From assembly GCA_016934135.1 (NCBI GenBank), contig JAFGTK010000061.1, forward strand, positions 1 to 53,096: a stretch of DNA of 53,096 bases. Direction: 5' to 3'. The notes under the pieces were generated by a model that ran no database searches, was not told the origin of the DNA, and saw nothing but the letters and a program-made list of their open reading frames with translations. Positions 19,490 through 28,673 of this stretch are shown one piece after another. Each line of letters opens with the position of its first letter. Position 1 is the stretch's first letter. The translations under genes and the position numbers were made by a program. This DNA comes from Deltaproteobacteria bacterium (GTDB lineage: Bacteria; Desulfobacterota; Desulfomonilia; UBA1062).

Positions 19490-21289
19490 ATGAAAACGAC
19501 AAAATTGTGTTTATGGGCCGGCATCGTAGTCATTGCACTGATGCTCGGAGCATGTAAGTTTGGAAATGTCAGCATGACCATTATGCAGACCTCTGATATC
19601 CATCATCATGCAAGCGGGTATGGGCCGTTTCTTGATTACACACCGCTTGATACATCGGATGCTGACTCGGTAAAGGGAGGCTATGCACGGTTGGCGGCAA
19701 AGATCAATGCCATACGCCAGGAGCAGTCTTCGAAAAATATCCCGGTACTTCTGTTCGATTCCGGGGATTTCTTCATGGGAACGGTGTATGACCTTACTGC
19801 AGCCGATCCTGTTGCCCTGAAGTTCTTCTCTCTGATGGGGTATGATGCGATTACCCTGGGCAATCATGAATTCGACTGGTCTCCTTCCGGCCTGGCCCTG
19901 CTGCTTTCAAATGCAATGGCTGGCGGATTTGATGTTCCTGTTGTGGCAACCAATACTGTTATTCCTGCCGACAATGAGCTTCAGCTCCTGGTTAATGCAG
20001 GGGCCATCGTAAACAAGAAGATTATAGACATGCCATGCGGAGTAAAGGTGGGTGTTCTCGGGCTCATGGGGCCGGATTCCGATGAAAAGGCACCGGTTGC
20101 ATCACCGGTAACGTTCAACCATGATTACGCGTTCATTCAGCAGCAGGTAAATGAATTGAGATGCAATGACGGTGTCAAGGTGGTAATAGTACTGTCTCAC
20201 GGGGGCGTCGAGACTGACGGCACAGGAGATGATGCAGACCTTGCAGAAAATGTCCACGGTATAGATATCATCGCTTCGGGGCATTTTCACACAGCTACCC
20301 ATGATATGCAGGTTTGCGGACAGTCAGGTACGATCATCTTTTCTCCCGGCGAGTACGGTGAATATCTGAGCAGGCTGGACCTCACCTACAATATCTTCCT
20401 GCGAAAGATCGTCGACGTTGACTTCACTCTGATACCAATCGACGATACTATTGAGGGAGATCCGATAGTACAGGGCATGGTTGAGATGTATCATGCAGCA
20501 ATGAATGCAACCCTTACAGAAAACCTGGGACTGCAGCTCGACACCCCTGTCTCTACGACGACCTTTGCCCTTCAAAAGGCCCCGCTGCAGGTAACCGGCA
20601 TCGGGAGCCTTGCTGCTGATTCTCTCCGTACCGTTGCCAGTTCACTCTCACCTCTCAATGATGGGAATGCCTATGATGTCGGTATCGTTGCCAGCGGGGT
20701 TATACGGGACGACATATACCCGGGCAATACAGGGATAATAACCTTCTCCGACGTGTACAACATGCTTCCTCTGGGCATTTCACCCAACGACCAGTCTGTG
20801 CCCGGTTATCCGCTCATGTCTGTCTATGCCACCGGCATGGATCTGTACACCATCTGTGAGGTCGGTCTCTCTCTTTCCCGCATGATGGGTTCGGATTACT
20901 ATCTGAATTTTTCAGGACTCAGGATAGATTACGATCTTTCACAGGCGTCTACATTTTCCGGTGTACAGGCAGTATATCTCTATCCGAGTGACGATACGTT
21001 CTGCATGACCGAACCTGCATTGGTAAATCCTTATGATCCTGATACACTGTATCACATAGTGGTGGATCTCTATGCCCTGCAGATGCTGAATGTGGTCAAC
21101 TCGTACGGGTTTGACATCAATCCGATAGAGGTCTCTTTTATTGACAGAAGTATCGACGAGGGGGTTCAGGAAATAAAGGAGTGGATGGCCCCGCTAAATT
21201 TCATGCCTTACTTGGGGGGAAGCATACCTTCATTTGTTTACGGTCCTGAAGGCATTGCCCTGGACAGGGTCAATTATGTAACACATTGA
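19490..21289 (+). CDS. 5'-nucleotidase / metallophosphoesterase family lipoprotein
   Basis: It has a lipobox signal peptide (MKTTKLCLWAGIVVIALMLGAC) and the calcineurin-like motifs DIHHH, GDFFMG, GNHEFD, SHGG and GHFH, plus a C-terminal 5'-nucleotidase domain. GAGGAGGG lies 5 nt upstream of ATG 19490. Confidence 0.85.
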   Translation: MKTTKLCLWAGIVVIALMLGACKFGNVSMTIMQTSDIHHHASGYGPFLDYTPLDTSDADSVKGGYARLAAKINAIRQEQSSKNIPVLLFDSGDFFMGTVYDLTAADPVALKFFSLMGYDAITLGNHEFDWSPSGLALLLSNAMAGGFDVPVVATNTVIPADNELQLLVNAGAIVNKKIIDMPCGVKVGVLGLMGPDSDEKAPVASPVTFNHDYAFIQQQVNELRCNDGVKVVIVLSHGGVETDGTGDDADLAENVHGIDIIASGHFHTATHDMQVCGQSGTIIFSPGEYGEYLSRLDLTYNIFLRKIVDVDFTLIPIDDTIEGDPIVQGMVEMYHAAMNATLTENLGLQLDTPVSTTTFALQKAPLQVTGIGSLAADSLRTVASSLSPLNDGNAYDVGIVASGVIRDDIYPGNTGIITFSDVYNMLPLGISPNDQSVPGYPLMSVYATGMDLYTICEVGLSLSRMMGSDYYLNFSGLRIDYDLSQASTFSGVQAVYLYPSDDTFCMTEPALVNPYDPDTLYHIVVDLYALQMLNVVNSYGFDINPIEVSFIDRSIDEGVQEIKEWMAPLNFMPYLGGSIPSFVYGPEGIALDRVNYVTH

Positions 21290-21316
21290 AATACCCTGGT
21301 TAAAACATAAAGCCTC

Positions 21317-21362
21317 GGGCCTTTGTTCCTGGCAGACGAATCTCTTCCTCGAACAAAGGCCC
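21317..21362. repeat. 12-bp perfect inverted repeat (GGGCCTTTGTTC / GAACAAAGGCCC, 22-nt loop), possibly a terminator or RNA element
   Basis: I read this directly from the sequence. It starts 28 nt after the 5'-nucleotidase stop. No U-tract follows on either strand, so it is not a canonical intrinsic terminator. Confidence 0.5.
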
Positions 21363-21626
21363 TTGAATGGTCCGTCTCCCGGAAATACGGCCGGGGGTTC
21401 TAAATACCTAATTTTAGGGAAAGCGGCCCGATGTGGGCATCGAGCCCTACGGAAGCCGTGCTCAATCCCTGCAGAATTGGCTTTTAATCCAAGCACTTGT
21501 TCACTCTCTCCCGGCTGTTCTTTTACAGGAACTGCTACGAAAGTTTTTCCTAATGAAACAATCGATCCACCATAAATTTACTTGAGATTGAAATAACAAT
21601 CATGACATCCTTCAACAAACCAGTAG

Positions 21627-21647
21627 GGACCGTTCCCCGAACGGTCC
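21627..21647. repeat. 9-bp perfect hairpin GGACCGTTC-CCC-GAACGGTCC
   Basis: I read this directly from the sequence. It lies in the non-coding spacer about 85 nt upstream of trmO. Confidence 0.5.
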
Positions 21648-21729
21648 GCCTCCCTCGTAATGTCTGTGTTGCAGGATTCAGAACTAATTCATTAACTTTT
21701 TGGTGCAACTCGTGTAATAAGAAGATGAG

Positions 21730-22134
21730 ATGAAAATCTGTTATGAACCCATCGGAGTGATGCACTGTGAGCTGCATAATGCACATGATGCCCCCCGCTT
21801 TTACAACTGCTCCAGGATCAAAGGGATGATCGAGATTTATGAACCTTATGTTGAAGGTCTCGATGCCCTTTGTGAGAACGAGTTTATTGTGGTGCTCTTT
21901 CATTTTCATCTTTCAAAAGGATTCGATCTGATCCAGACAAGTCCTGCCGGAAAACGCAAGGGGGTGTTCAGCCTGTGCTCTCCCATGCGGCCAAACCCTA
22001 TCGGGATGTCAATCCTGAGGTTGAAAAAGGTTCAATCCCCCCTTGTTTTCGTGGAACATGTGGATATGGTAGACGGTACGCCGATCCTTGATATTAAGCC
22101 TTATAAACCTCTGGAAGAGAACCTGCCTGAATGA
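21730..22134 (+). CDS. trmO: tRNA (t6A37) methyltransferase TrmO / TsaA (YaeB, UPF0066) family
   Basis: 134 aa with IG..H.............G.IE........GL..L........V.F.FH, then RPNPIGMS and VDMVDGTPILDIKPY, which are characteristic of the family. Confidence 0.85.
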   Translation: MKICYEPIGVMHCELHNAHDAPRFYNCSRIKGMIEIYEPYVEGLDALCENEFIVVLFHFHLSKGFDLIQTSPAGKRKGVFSLCSPMRPNPIGMSILRLKKVQSPLVFVEHVDMVDGTPILDIKPYKPLEENLPE

Positions 22135-22218
22135 TAGGGTTCTTTACAGGGATCAATATGGATTGAATTTTTTTCTTCGATATGGTTTTACATCATGTGA
22201 TAAAACACGCAATCGGAG

Positions 22219-23871
22219 GTGTGCTTGATCTATAATATGCTGCTCACAACACTGGGTGGGCTGGGGCTGTTTCTGTTCGGCATGCATATCATGTCGGAAT
22301 CCCTCCAGAAGATTGCAGGCGTTAGGCTGAGACGCATTCTGGAGAAGCTCACCACGAACAGGGTAGTGGCTGTGCTCGCAGGTACGGCAATAACTGCCAT
22401 CATCCAGAGCTCAAGCGCTACAACAGTTATGTCCGTAGGTCTGGTCAATGCCGGGCTCATGACATTGAAACAGGCCGTCGGCGTGGTTATTGGAGCGAAT
22501 ATCGGCACCACCATTACGGCCCAGATCATCGCATTCAAACTTACCGACATCGCACTGCCTTTAATCGGCATCGGCATGTTCATGAAGCTTTTGAGCAAAA
22601 AGGAGTCTGTCAAGTACTGGGGCGATTTTTTCCTCGGCTTCGGTCTGCTATTCTACGGTCTGCTCGTCATGAAAACCGGGGTCATGCCGCTTAGGGCTGC
22701 ACCATGGGTAAGTGAGTTCTTTGTTCACTTTTCCAGGAGCCCGATTCCAGGAGTCGTGGTGGGGACTCTCATAACCATGCTCTTCCAGAGCAGTTCGGCA
22801 ACCGTGGGCCTTGTAATTGCCCTGGCATCCACCGGAGTGGTGGATTTTTACGGGGCGGCAGCACTGGTGCTCGGAGATAATATCGGGACCACGATAACGG
22901 CACAACTGGCTTCCCTCGGGACGAATGTCTCTGCCAAGAGGGTTGCACGTGCACATATGTTGTTCAATGTTTTCGGGGTATGCATAATCCTGCTTATCTT
23001 CCCTGTTTTCGTGCGTTTTGTCGATTTTATCACACCTGGAGACCCCTCGCTTGTAATCAACGGCAACCTTCCCTACAGTGCCAGGCATATCGCAAATTTC
23101 CATACTGTCTTCAATGTAACGAACTGCCTGATCTTTCTTCCTCTTATGGGGGTGTTGACCAGGCTGTCCACCTATCTTGCGCCTGGAGATGAAAGCCCGA
23201 GAAAATACAGGCTCGAGTCTCTTGGCGCGAGTATATTCGAAACCCCCTCCTTTGCACTTGACGAGGCAAAGGAAGAGATCGACTATATGGGACACGAGGT
23301 CTTCAAGATGCTCGAATCCTCGGAAACCTCCCTCATAGAAAATAAAGGCACGGACAGGATGTACTCAGATGTCATGGAAAAAGAGGAGATCGTGGATACC
23401 CTTCAGAAGGAGATCAATGATTATCTGACGGAGTTGTCCAGGCAGTCCGTGACCGAGAATCAGTCAAAAGAGATCTTTTCCATGCTTCATATCGTAAGCA
23501 ACCTCGAGAGGATAGGTGACCATTGCGAGAGCATAGCCAAGCTCTGCAAGAAAAGGAACGAATTCGGGCTGGATTTTTCCGAAGAGGGAAGAAAAGAGAT
23601 CTATCAGATTTACCATCACACCCTCGAATACTTAAGGACCATTATTGTGGCTATTAAAGATACCCCCCATAATCTCATGGAGGTTGTCCGGAGTTTTGAG
23701 CCAAGGCTCAATGCCATGCGATGGGAGATGAGGGTCAATCATATGGAACGACTCAAGACCGCCACCTGCACATCGGATGCCGGGCTTGTTTATGTCGATA
23801 TTCTAACCAGTTTTGAAAAGATCGGCGACCATGCATACAACATTGCGGAATCGCTGTCAGGGCTCAAGTAA
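22219..23871 (+). CDS. Na+/phosphate cotransporter family protein with C-terminal PhoU-like domains
   Basis: Two Na_Pi_cotrans repeats (QSSSATTVM..GANIGTT and QSSSATVGL..GDNIGTTITAQ) are followed by two PhoU-like helical repeats (NLERIGDHCESIA, FEKIGDHAYNIAE). The start is uncertain among GTG 22219, TTG 22225 and ATG 22237. Confidence 0.85.
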   Translation: MCLIYNMLLTTLGGLGLFLFGMHIMSESLQKIAGVRLRRILEKLTTNRVVAVLAGTAITAIIQSSSATTVMSVGLVNAGLMTLKQAVGVVIGANIGTTITAQIIAFKLTDIALPLIGIGMFMKLLSKKESVKYWGDFFLGFGLLFYGLLVMKTGVMPLRAAPWVSEFFVHFSRSPIPGVVVGTLITMLFQSSSATVGLVIALASTGVVDFYGAAALVLGDNIGTTITAQLASLGTNVSAKRVARAHMLFNVFGVCIILLIFPVFVRFVDFITPGDPSLVINGNLPYSARHIANFHTVFNVTNCLIFLPLMGVLTRLSTYLAPGDESPRKYRLESLGASIFETPSFALDEAKEEIDYMGHEVFKMLESSETSLIENKGTDRMYSDVMEKEEIVDTLQKEINDYLTELSRQSVTENQSKEIFSMLHIVSNLERIGDHCESIAKLCKKRNEFGLDFSEEGRKEIYQIYHHTLEYLRTIIVAIKDTPHNLMEVVRSFEPRLNAMRWEMRVNHMERLKTATCTSDAGLVYVDILTSFEKIGDHAYNIAESLSGLK

Positions 23872-23881
23872 GGAGGACAAC

Positions 23882-24760
23882 ATGGAATACGATATGCCCC
23901 TGTACAGACCTCCGTCAGAGGCGAGGTCCCTCATATTTCAGATCACGCTCGGCTGTTCATGGAATAAATGTCTGTTCTGCGCAATGTACAAGGGCAAGCG
24001 TTTCAGGGTGCGGCCTTTCGAAGAGGTTGAAAAGGATATCATCGAGATGTCATGGCTTCAGCCGCATACAAGGAAGGTTTTTCTTGCAGATGGAGATGTC
24101 CTTGCCGCGGACACGGATTATATAATAAAGGTTCTGGATCTGATCAATGAAAGATTTCCCCGCCTTGAACGTATCAGTTCCTATGCCGGCCCTACGAACC
24201 TGATGGAAAAGACCGTAGACGAACTCAGGGAGTTTAAAAAAAGAAAACTCGACATCCTCTATCTCGGTATTGAATCGGGCAACGAGACTGTACTGAAAAA
24301 GATCTGCAAGGGCGCGAACAGCTCTCAGATCATCGATGGATGCAAAAAGGCCATCGATGCGGGGCTGAGAATGTCCACGATCATTCTTCTGGGCCTTGGA
24401 GGGATAAAGGGCAGCTATGATCATGCAAAAGACTCTGCAAAAGTGGTCAATGCCATAGACCCTCAGTTCCTTGCATGCCTCACGCTCATGCTCGGCCCGT
24501 ATGTAGAGATATATGAAAAAAAGCTCATGGGAGGGGATTTCAAACTTCTTGACAAGATGCAGTCGCTGATCGAGCTTCGGTGGTTTGTCGAGGACCTGGA
24601 ACTGAGCAGCTGCAGGTTCGGTACAGAACACGCATCGAACTATCTGCCCCTGAACGGAGATCTTCCCGGCGACAAGGACCGGATCCTGAAACTTATTGAC
24701 AGGGCCCTCGGAGATGACCATTCAAGACTGACCAGGCCGGAGTGGGCGCGAGGTCTTTGA
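23882..24760 (+). CDS. radical SAM protein with non-canonical CX4CX2C cluster motif
   Basis: The ATG at 23882 is preceded by AAGGAGG, 10 nt after the transporter stop. It has PLYRPPSEARSLIFQITLGCSWNKCLFCAMY and a GGE-like (LGIESGNE) TIM-barrel pattern. Confidence 0.75.
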   Translation: MEYDMPLYRPPSEARSLIFQITLGCSWNKCLFCAMYKGKRFRVRPFEEVEKDIIEMSWLQPHTRKVFLADGDVLAADTDYIIKVLDLINERFPRLERISSYAGPTNLMEKTVDELREFKKRKLDILYLGIESGNETVLKKICKGANSSQIIDGCKKAIDAGLRMSTIILLGLGGIKGSYDHAKDSAKVVNAIDPQFLACLTLMLGPYVEIYEKKLMGGDFKLLDKMQSLIELRWFVEDLELSSCRFGTEHASNYLPLNGDLPGDKDRILKLIDRALGDDHSRLTRPEWARGL

Positions 24761-24788
24761 TTGACAGGTCACGCAATAATAATATAAC
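24761..24788 (+). promoter_or_regulatory. candidate sigma-70 promoter TTGACA-16 nt-TATAAC upstream of hisS
   Basis: A perfect -35 hexamer lies at 24761-24766 and a 5/6 -10 at 24783-24788. This is immediately after the preceding stop codon and about 25 nt before the hisS start. Confidence 0.35.
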
Positions 24789-24813
24789 TGCTCAGTCCTT
24801 ACGGAGGTTTAAC

Positions 24814-26064
24814 TTGGAGATAAAGGCAATACGGGGGATGAACGATATCCTCCCTGGTGACATAGCAAAGTGGCATTTTGTCGAGAATACAGCAAGAAGG
24901 ATCTTCCATCTTTACGGTTTCTCGGAGCTGAGGCCGCCTGTGCTGGAAAGGACAGAACTTTTCTTCCGGGGAATCGGCGATGATACGGATGTTGTGGAAA
25001 AACAGATGTATACCTTTATCGACAAGTCGGGAACCTCTGTTGCCCTGCGGCCTGAGGCCACGGCCTCGGTACTGCGTTCCGTCATAGAACATGGCCTTCT
25101 GGGTATGGATCCCATACAGAAGATCTACAGTATAGGTCCCATGTTCCGGTATGAGAGACCGCAGAAGGGCAGATACCGTCAGTTTCATCAGATAAATGTG
25201 GAACGCCTTGGCGAAGACAGCCCGTCCAGCGATGCAGAGACCTTGAGCATGGCCTATGATCTGGCATCAGCCCTGGGTCTCGGAGGTCTTCGAATGGAGG
25301 TGAATTCCTTAGGGTGCGATGAGTGCAGGCAGGAATTCAAGAAGACGCTTATGGCCTTTCTGCAGGATAAGGAGAAATCCCTGTGTTCAGACTGCTCCCG
25401 ACGGATGAAGACCAATCCTCTGCGGGTGCTGGACTGCAAGGTTGTATCCTGCCGGCAGGCGGTAGAAGGTGCGCCGGCCATCGAGAATTTTCTCTGTGAG
25501 GGGTGCAGGGTTCATTATGAAAAGGTCCAAAGTGCGCTTATGGCCTTTGATGTCCCCTTTGAAAAAAATCCCAGACTTGTACGGGGACTTGACTATTATA
25601 CCAGAACGACCTTTGAACTCACTGCAGAAGGCCTTGGATCTCAGAACGCCGTTGCAGGGGGAGGAAGGTACGACAACCTTATACAGACTCTTGGCGGGCC
25701 GGATGTTTCAGGGATCGGCTTTGCCTTCGGTTTAGAGCGGATCATTATGCTTCTCGATCAGCATGCCCCTGAAAAGAATGGCTGCTTCGTGGTCTTACAG
25801 GAGGATGAGGCAGTGCAGAAATCGTCACTGGAACTGCTTTCAATGCTGAGGTCGGCTCAAATTCCTGCTGAGGCGGCCTTTGACAAGAGTTTCAAGGCAC
25901 AGATGCGCAAGGCGGGAAAATCCGGTTATCCTCTGTGTTTAATACTCGGCCAGGCCGAATTGGAACAATCCATAGTGACCATCAAGGATCTGCAGGCTTC
26001 GTCACAGATTCAGGTCCCCAGGGCAGAGGTGCTCCAAAAAATCAGATCCATGCTGGACAAGTAA
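24814..26064 (+). CDS. hisS: histidine--tRNA ligase
   Basis: The TTG start at 24814 has GGAGG 6 nt upstream. It has the N-terminus (M)[13 protein letters not shown], motif 2 [24 protein letters not shown] and RGLDYYT. The ORF-track start at 24742 overlaps the upstream gene. Confidence 0.93.
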   Translation: MEIKAIRGMNDILPGDIAKWHFVENTARRIFHLYGFSELRPPVLERTELFFRGIGDDTDVVEKQMYTFIDKSGTSVALRPEATASVLRSVIEHGLLGMDPIQKIYSIGPMFRYERPQKGRYRQFHQINVERLGEDSPSSDAETLSMAYDLASALGLGGLRMEVNSLGCDECRQEFKKTLMAFLQDKEKSLCSDCSRRMKTNPLRVLDCKVVSCRQAVEGAPAIENFLCEGCRVHYEKVQSALMAFDVPFEKNPRLVRGLDYYTRTTFELTAEGLGSQNAVAGGGRYDNLIQTLGGPDVSGIGFAFGLERIIMLLDQHAPEKNGCFVVLQEDEAVQKSSLELLSMLRSAQIPAEAAFDKSFKAQMRKAGKSGYPLCLILGQAELEQSIVTIKDLQASSQIQVPRAEVLQKIRSMLDK

Positions 26065-26075
26065 GGAGAGAGATC

Positions 26076-27866
26076 GTGAGTTCGAATATTCAGGGATGCA
26101 AACGCACACATTATTGCGGAGAGATACACCATGCAGACAAAGGTTCCCGTGTAACCATTGCCGGATGGGTCCAGCGATCAAGAGATCTGGGCGGACTGAT
26201 ATTCATAGACATGAGAGACCGCACCGGTATTGCACAGGCGGTATTCAATCCGGAAACCTATCCTCAGGCCCATGCTCTTGCACACAGCGTGAAACCCGAA
26301 TACTGCATCGTTATTACAGGAGAGCTCGGGGAAAGACCGGAAGACATGCGCAATCCAAGTATGCCTACCGGAGACTTCGAGATACTGGTGGATGAAATGA
26401 AGATACTGAATGAGTCTCAGACACCGCCGTTTGTTGTTGAGGACGGCATCGATGTTACCGATACCCTGAGACTCAAGTATCGATACCTCGACCTGCGGAG
26501 GCCCAGCCTGCAGAGGAATATCCTTATGAGGCACAAGGCCTCTTCGTGTATAAGGAGATTTCTCGACAGTAACGGGTTCATCGATGTAGAGACGCCGGTC
26601 CTGACCAAGAGCACCCCGGAAGGGGCAAGGGATTATCTTGTCCCCAGCAGGGTTTTCCCGGGAAGGTGCTATGCACTGCCCCAGTCTCCGCAGCTTTTCA
26701 AGCAGCTCCTCATGGTATCGGGATTTGACAGGTACTACCAGATTGTCAAGTGCTTCCGCGATGAGGACTTAAGGGCCGACCGTCAGCCTGAATTCACCCA
26801 GATCGATATCGAGATGTCCTTTATCGATATGGACGATATCCTGACCATTACAGAGACGATGATTGTAGAGCTCTTTAAAGAGACCATCGGCGTGGAACTG
26901 CCTCAGCCTTTTGTACGGATGAGCTATGATACTGCCATGGATCAGTATGGCACGGACCGGCCGGATATCCGTTTCGACATGCAGCTGAAAGACCTGACAG
27001 ACATTGCGTCGCAGTGCGATTTCCGGGTATTCACATCGGTCATATCCGAGGGAGGCGTGGTCAAGGGCTTTGCCGTCAAGGCCCCCCATGGCTTCAGCAG
27101 AAAGGATCTCGATAATCTGAACTCGGTTATTGCCGACCATGGAGCAAAAGGGGTCATGTGGGCTCGTCTCGAAGAGGATGGCTGGAAATCGACGCTGACA
27201 AAGTTCCTAAGCGATGAGCAGAAAGCTGTCATTGAAGAACGCCTGGATCTAGCCCCCGGCGACTTGGCGCTTTTGGTTGCCGACAGCAGGGAGATTGCAA
27301 ATGCAAGTTTGTCCGCCCTCAGGCTCTATATCGCAGAGAAGCTGGGGCTTATCAGGGAAGACGCATATGGTTCATTGTGGGTTACAGAGTTTCCCCTGCT
27401 GGAATGGAATGAAGAGGCAGGCAGGCTCGTTTCTGTCCATCACCCGTTTACCGCCCCCCGTACACAGGACCTTCCACAATTGGAGACAGACCCGGGCTGT
27501 GTAAAATCCCAGGCCTATGATATGGTGATAAACGGATATGAAGTCGGCGGAGGGAGTGTCCGTATTCATACCAGAGAGATCCAGCAGAGGGTCTTCAAGG
27601 CAATCGGATTGAGTGATGAAGAGGCGAGATCCAAATTCGGGTTTTTACTGGAAGCCCTGCAGTACGGGGCACCTCCTCATGGCGGTATAGCTTTCGGCTT
27701 TGACCGGCTTATCATGATCCTTGCAGGGTCATCAAGCATCAGGGACGTTATTGCCTTTCCAAAGACACAGAAGGCATACTGCACTATGACAGATGCGCCT
27801 TCGAGCGTTGATTCCGGTCAGCTCGCACAGATCGGGATGAAATTGTTAAAGGAAAAGGAGGGATGA
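26076..27866 (+). CDS. aspS: aspartate--tRNA ligase
   Basis: The GTG start at 26076 has AAGGAGAG upstream. It has [37 protein letters not shown], a GAD insertion domain, and GGGSVRIH...[13 protein letters not shown]. Confidence 0.95.
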   Translation: MSSNIQGCKRTHYCGEIHHADKGSRVTIAGWVQRSRDLGGLIFIDMRDRTGIAQAVFNPETYPQAHALAHSVKPEYCIVITGELGERPEDMRNPSMPTGDFEILVDEMKILNESQTPPFVVEDGIDVTDTLRLKYRYLDLRRPSLQRNILMRHKASSCIRRFLDSNGFIDVETPVLTKSTPEGARDYLVPSRVFPGRCYALPQSPQLFKQLLMVSGFDRYYQIVKCFRDEDLRADRQPEFTQIDIEMSFIDMDDILTITETMIVELFKETIGVELPQPFVRMSYDTAMDQYGTDRPDIRFDMQLKDLTDIASQCDFRVFTSVISEGGVVKGFAVKAPHGFSRKDLDNLNSVIADHGAKGVMWARLEEDGWKSTLTKFLSDEQKAVIEERLDLAPGDLALLVADSREIANASLSALRLYIAEKLGLIREDAYGSLWVTEFPLLEWNEEAGRLVSVHHPFTAPRTQDLPQLETDPGCVKSQAYDMVINGYEVGGGSVRIHTREIQQRVFKAIGLSDEEARSKFGFLLEALQYGAPPHGGIAFGFDRLIMILAGSSSIRDVIAFPKTQKAYCTMTDAPSSVDSGQLAQIGMKLLKEKEG

Positions 27867-28672
27867 TGAAGAGGATATACCTGTGTATTCTCCCGGTTTT
27901 CTTTTTCATCGGCTGTGCCGCAAATACTGCTTCGAAACCGGTAGATGCTGCAATGGATCGCGGCGTACAGGAAGAGTCTTTTGAAAAGGGCATCGAATAT
28001 GTAAAACAGGGACTTGATGCAAGGCAAGACGGAGATACCGAGACTGCAAGACAGGCATTCATCAAGGCCTGCCGTCATTTCGATGAGGAAGATGCATTCT
28101 GCAGGACTATCATGTATGACGCAACGGCAAAGCTCAAGAAGAATATTACCATGTCGGGCTTTGAGTATGCACCAAAGAAATCTTTTGAACTTCTTGTTGT
28201 GTACCTGGAGATGCAGAATGCCTATATAGACCGCGACATAGAATCACTCCGGAACAGCGAGGTCCTGTTCAATGCAACATATCAGGAGGTTCAGCAGGCC
28301 ACGGTGACGGAAAAACAGAAACGTCTTGAAGAGCTGGGCCAGGAGGTAACCCAAAAGAGCGAGGAGATTCAGAAGCAGGCCCAGGAGGATATTTTCGAGG
28401 TTTACCCGACGATCTATGTAGTAAAGAAGGGCGATACACTGCCTAGTATAGCGGCCCGTCACGAGATTTATAACGACTCTTTCATGTGGCCGCTGGTTTA
28501 TAAGGCCAACAGGGATCAGATAAAGGACCCCAAAACCATCTATGTAGGACAGGACCTCAAGATACCTCGTGAGATGACAATGGAAGAGATGATCGAGGCA
28601 CGCAGGGAAGCCGGAGCGCCGGAGCCGGAGAAGATTCCGAAAGAGGCGAATATTCCCAAGAGGAAAAAATAA
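27863..28672 (+). CDS. LysM-domain lipoprotein
   Basis: It has a lipobox signal ([18 protein letters not shown]) and a helical/coiled middle. The C-terminal LysM domain is [21 protein letters not shown]...[10 protein letters not shown]. Confidence 0.75.
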   Translation: MMKRIYLCILPVFFFIGCAANTASKPVDAAMDRGVQEESFEKGIEYVKQGLDARQDGDTETARQAFIKACRHFDEEDAFCRTIMYDATAKLKKNITMSGFEYAPKKSFELLVVYLEMQNAYIDRDIESLRNSEVLFNATYQEVQQATVTEKQKRLEELGQEVTQKSEEIQKQAQEDIFEVYPTIYVVKKGDTLPSIAARHEIYNDSFMWPLVYKANRDQIKDPKTIYVGQDLKIPREMTMEEMIEARREAGAPEPEKIPKEANIPKRKK

Positions 28673-28673
28673 C

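Noticed and set aside
21290-21729. Known housekeeping RNAs in the spacer (RNase P RNA, SRP/4.5S RNA, tmRNA, 6S RNA, cobalamin or SAM riboswitch).
   Set aside because: I looked for hallmark strings (GAGGAAAGUCCGGGC, GGAAGCAGCC, a tmRNA 5' end or tag frame, the B12 box) on both strands and found none. I cannot exclude a divergent or unknown RNA without a covariance-model scan.
21230-21909. Short ORFs in the long spacer: 21363-21575 (+), 21230-21496 (-) and 21550-21909 (-).
   Set aside because: They have no Shine-Dalgarno, odd composition, overlap flanking genes, and no motif. The region is better treated as non-coding.
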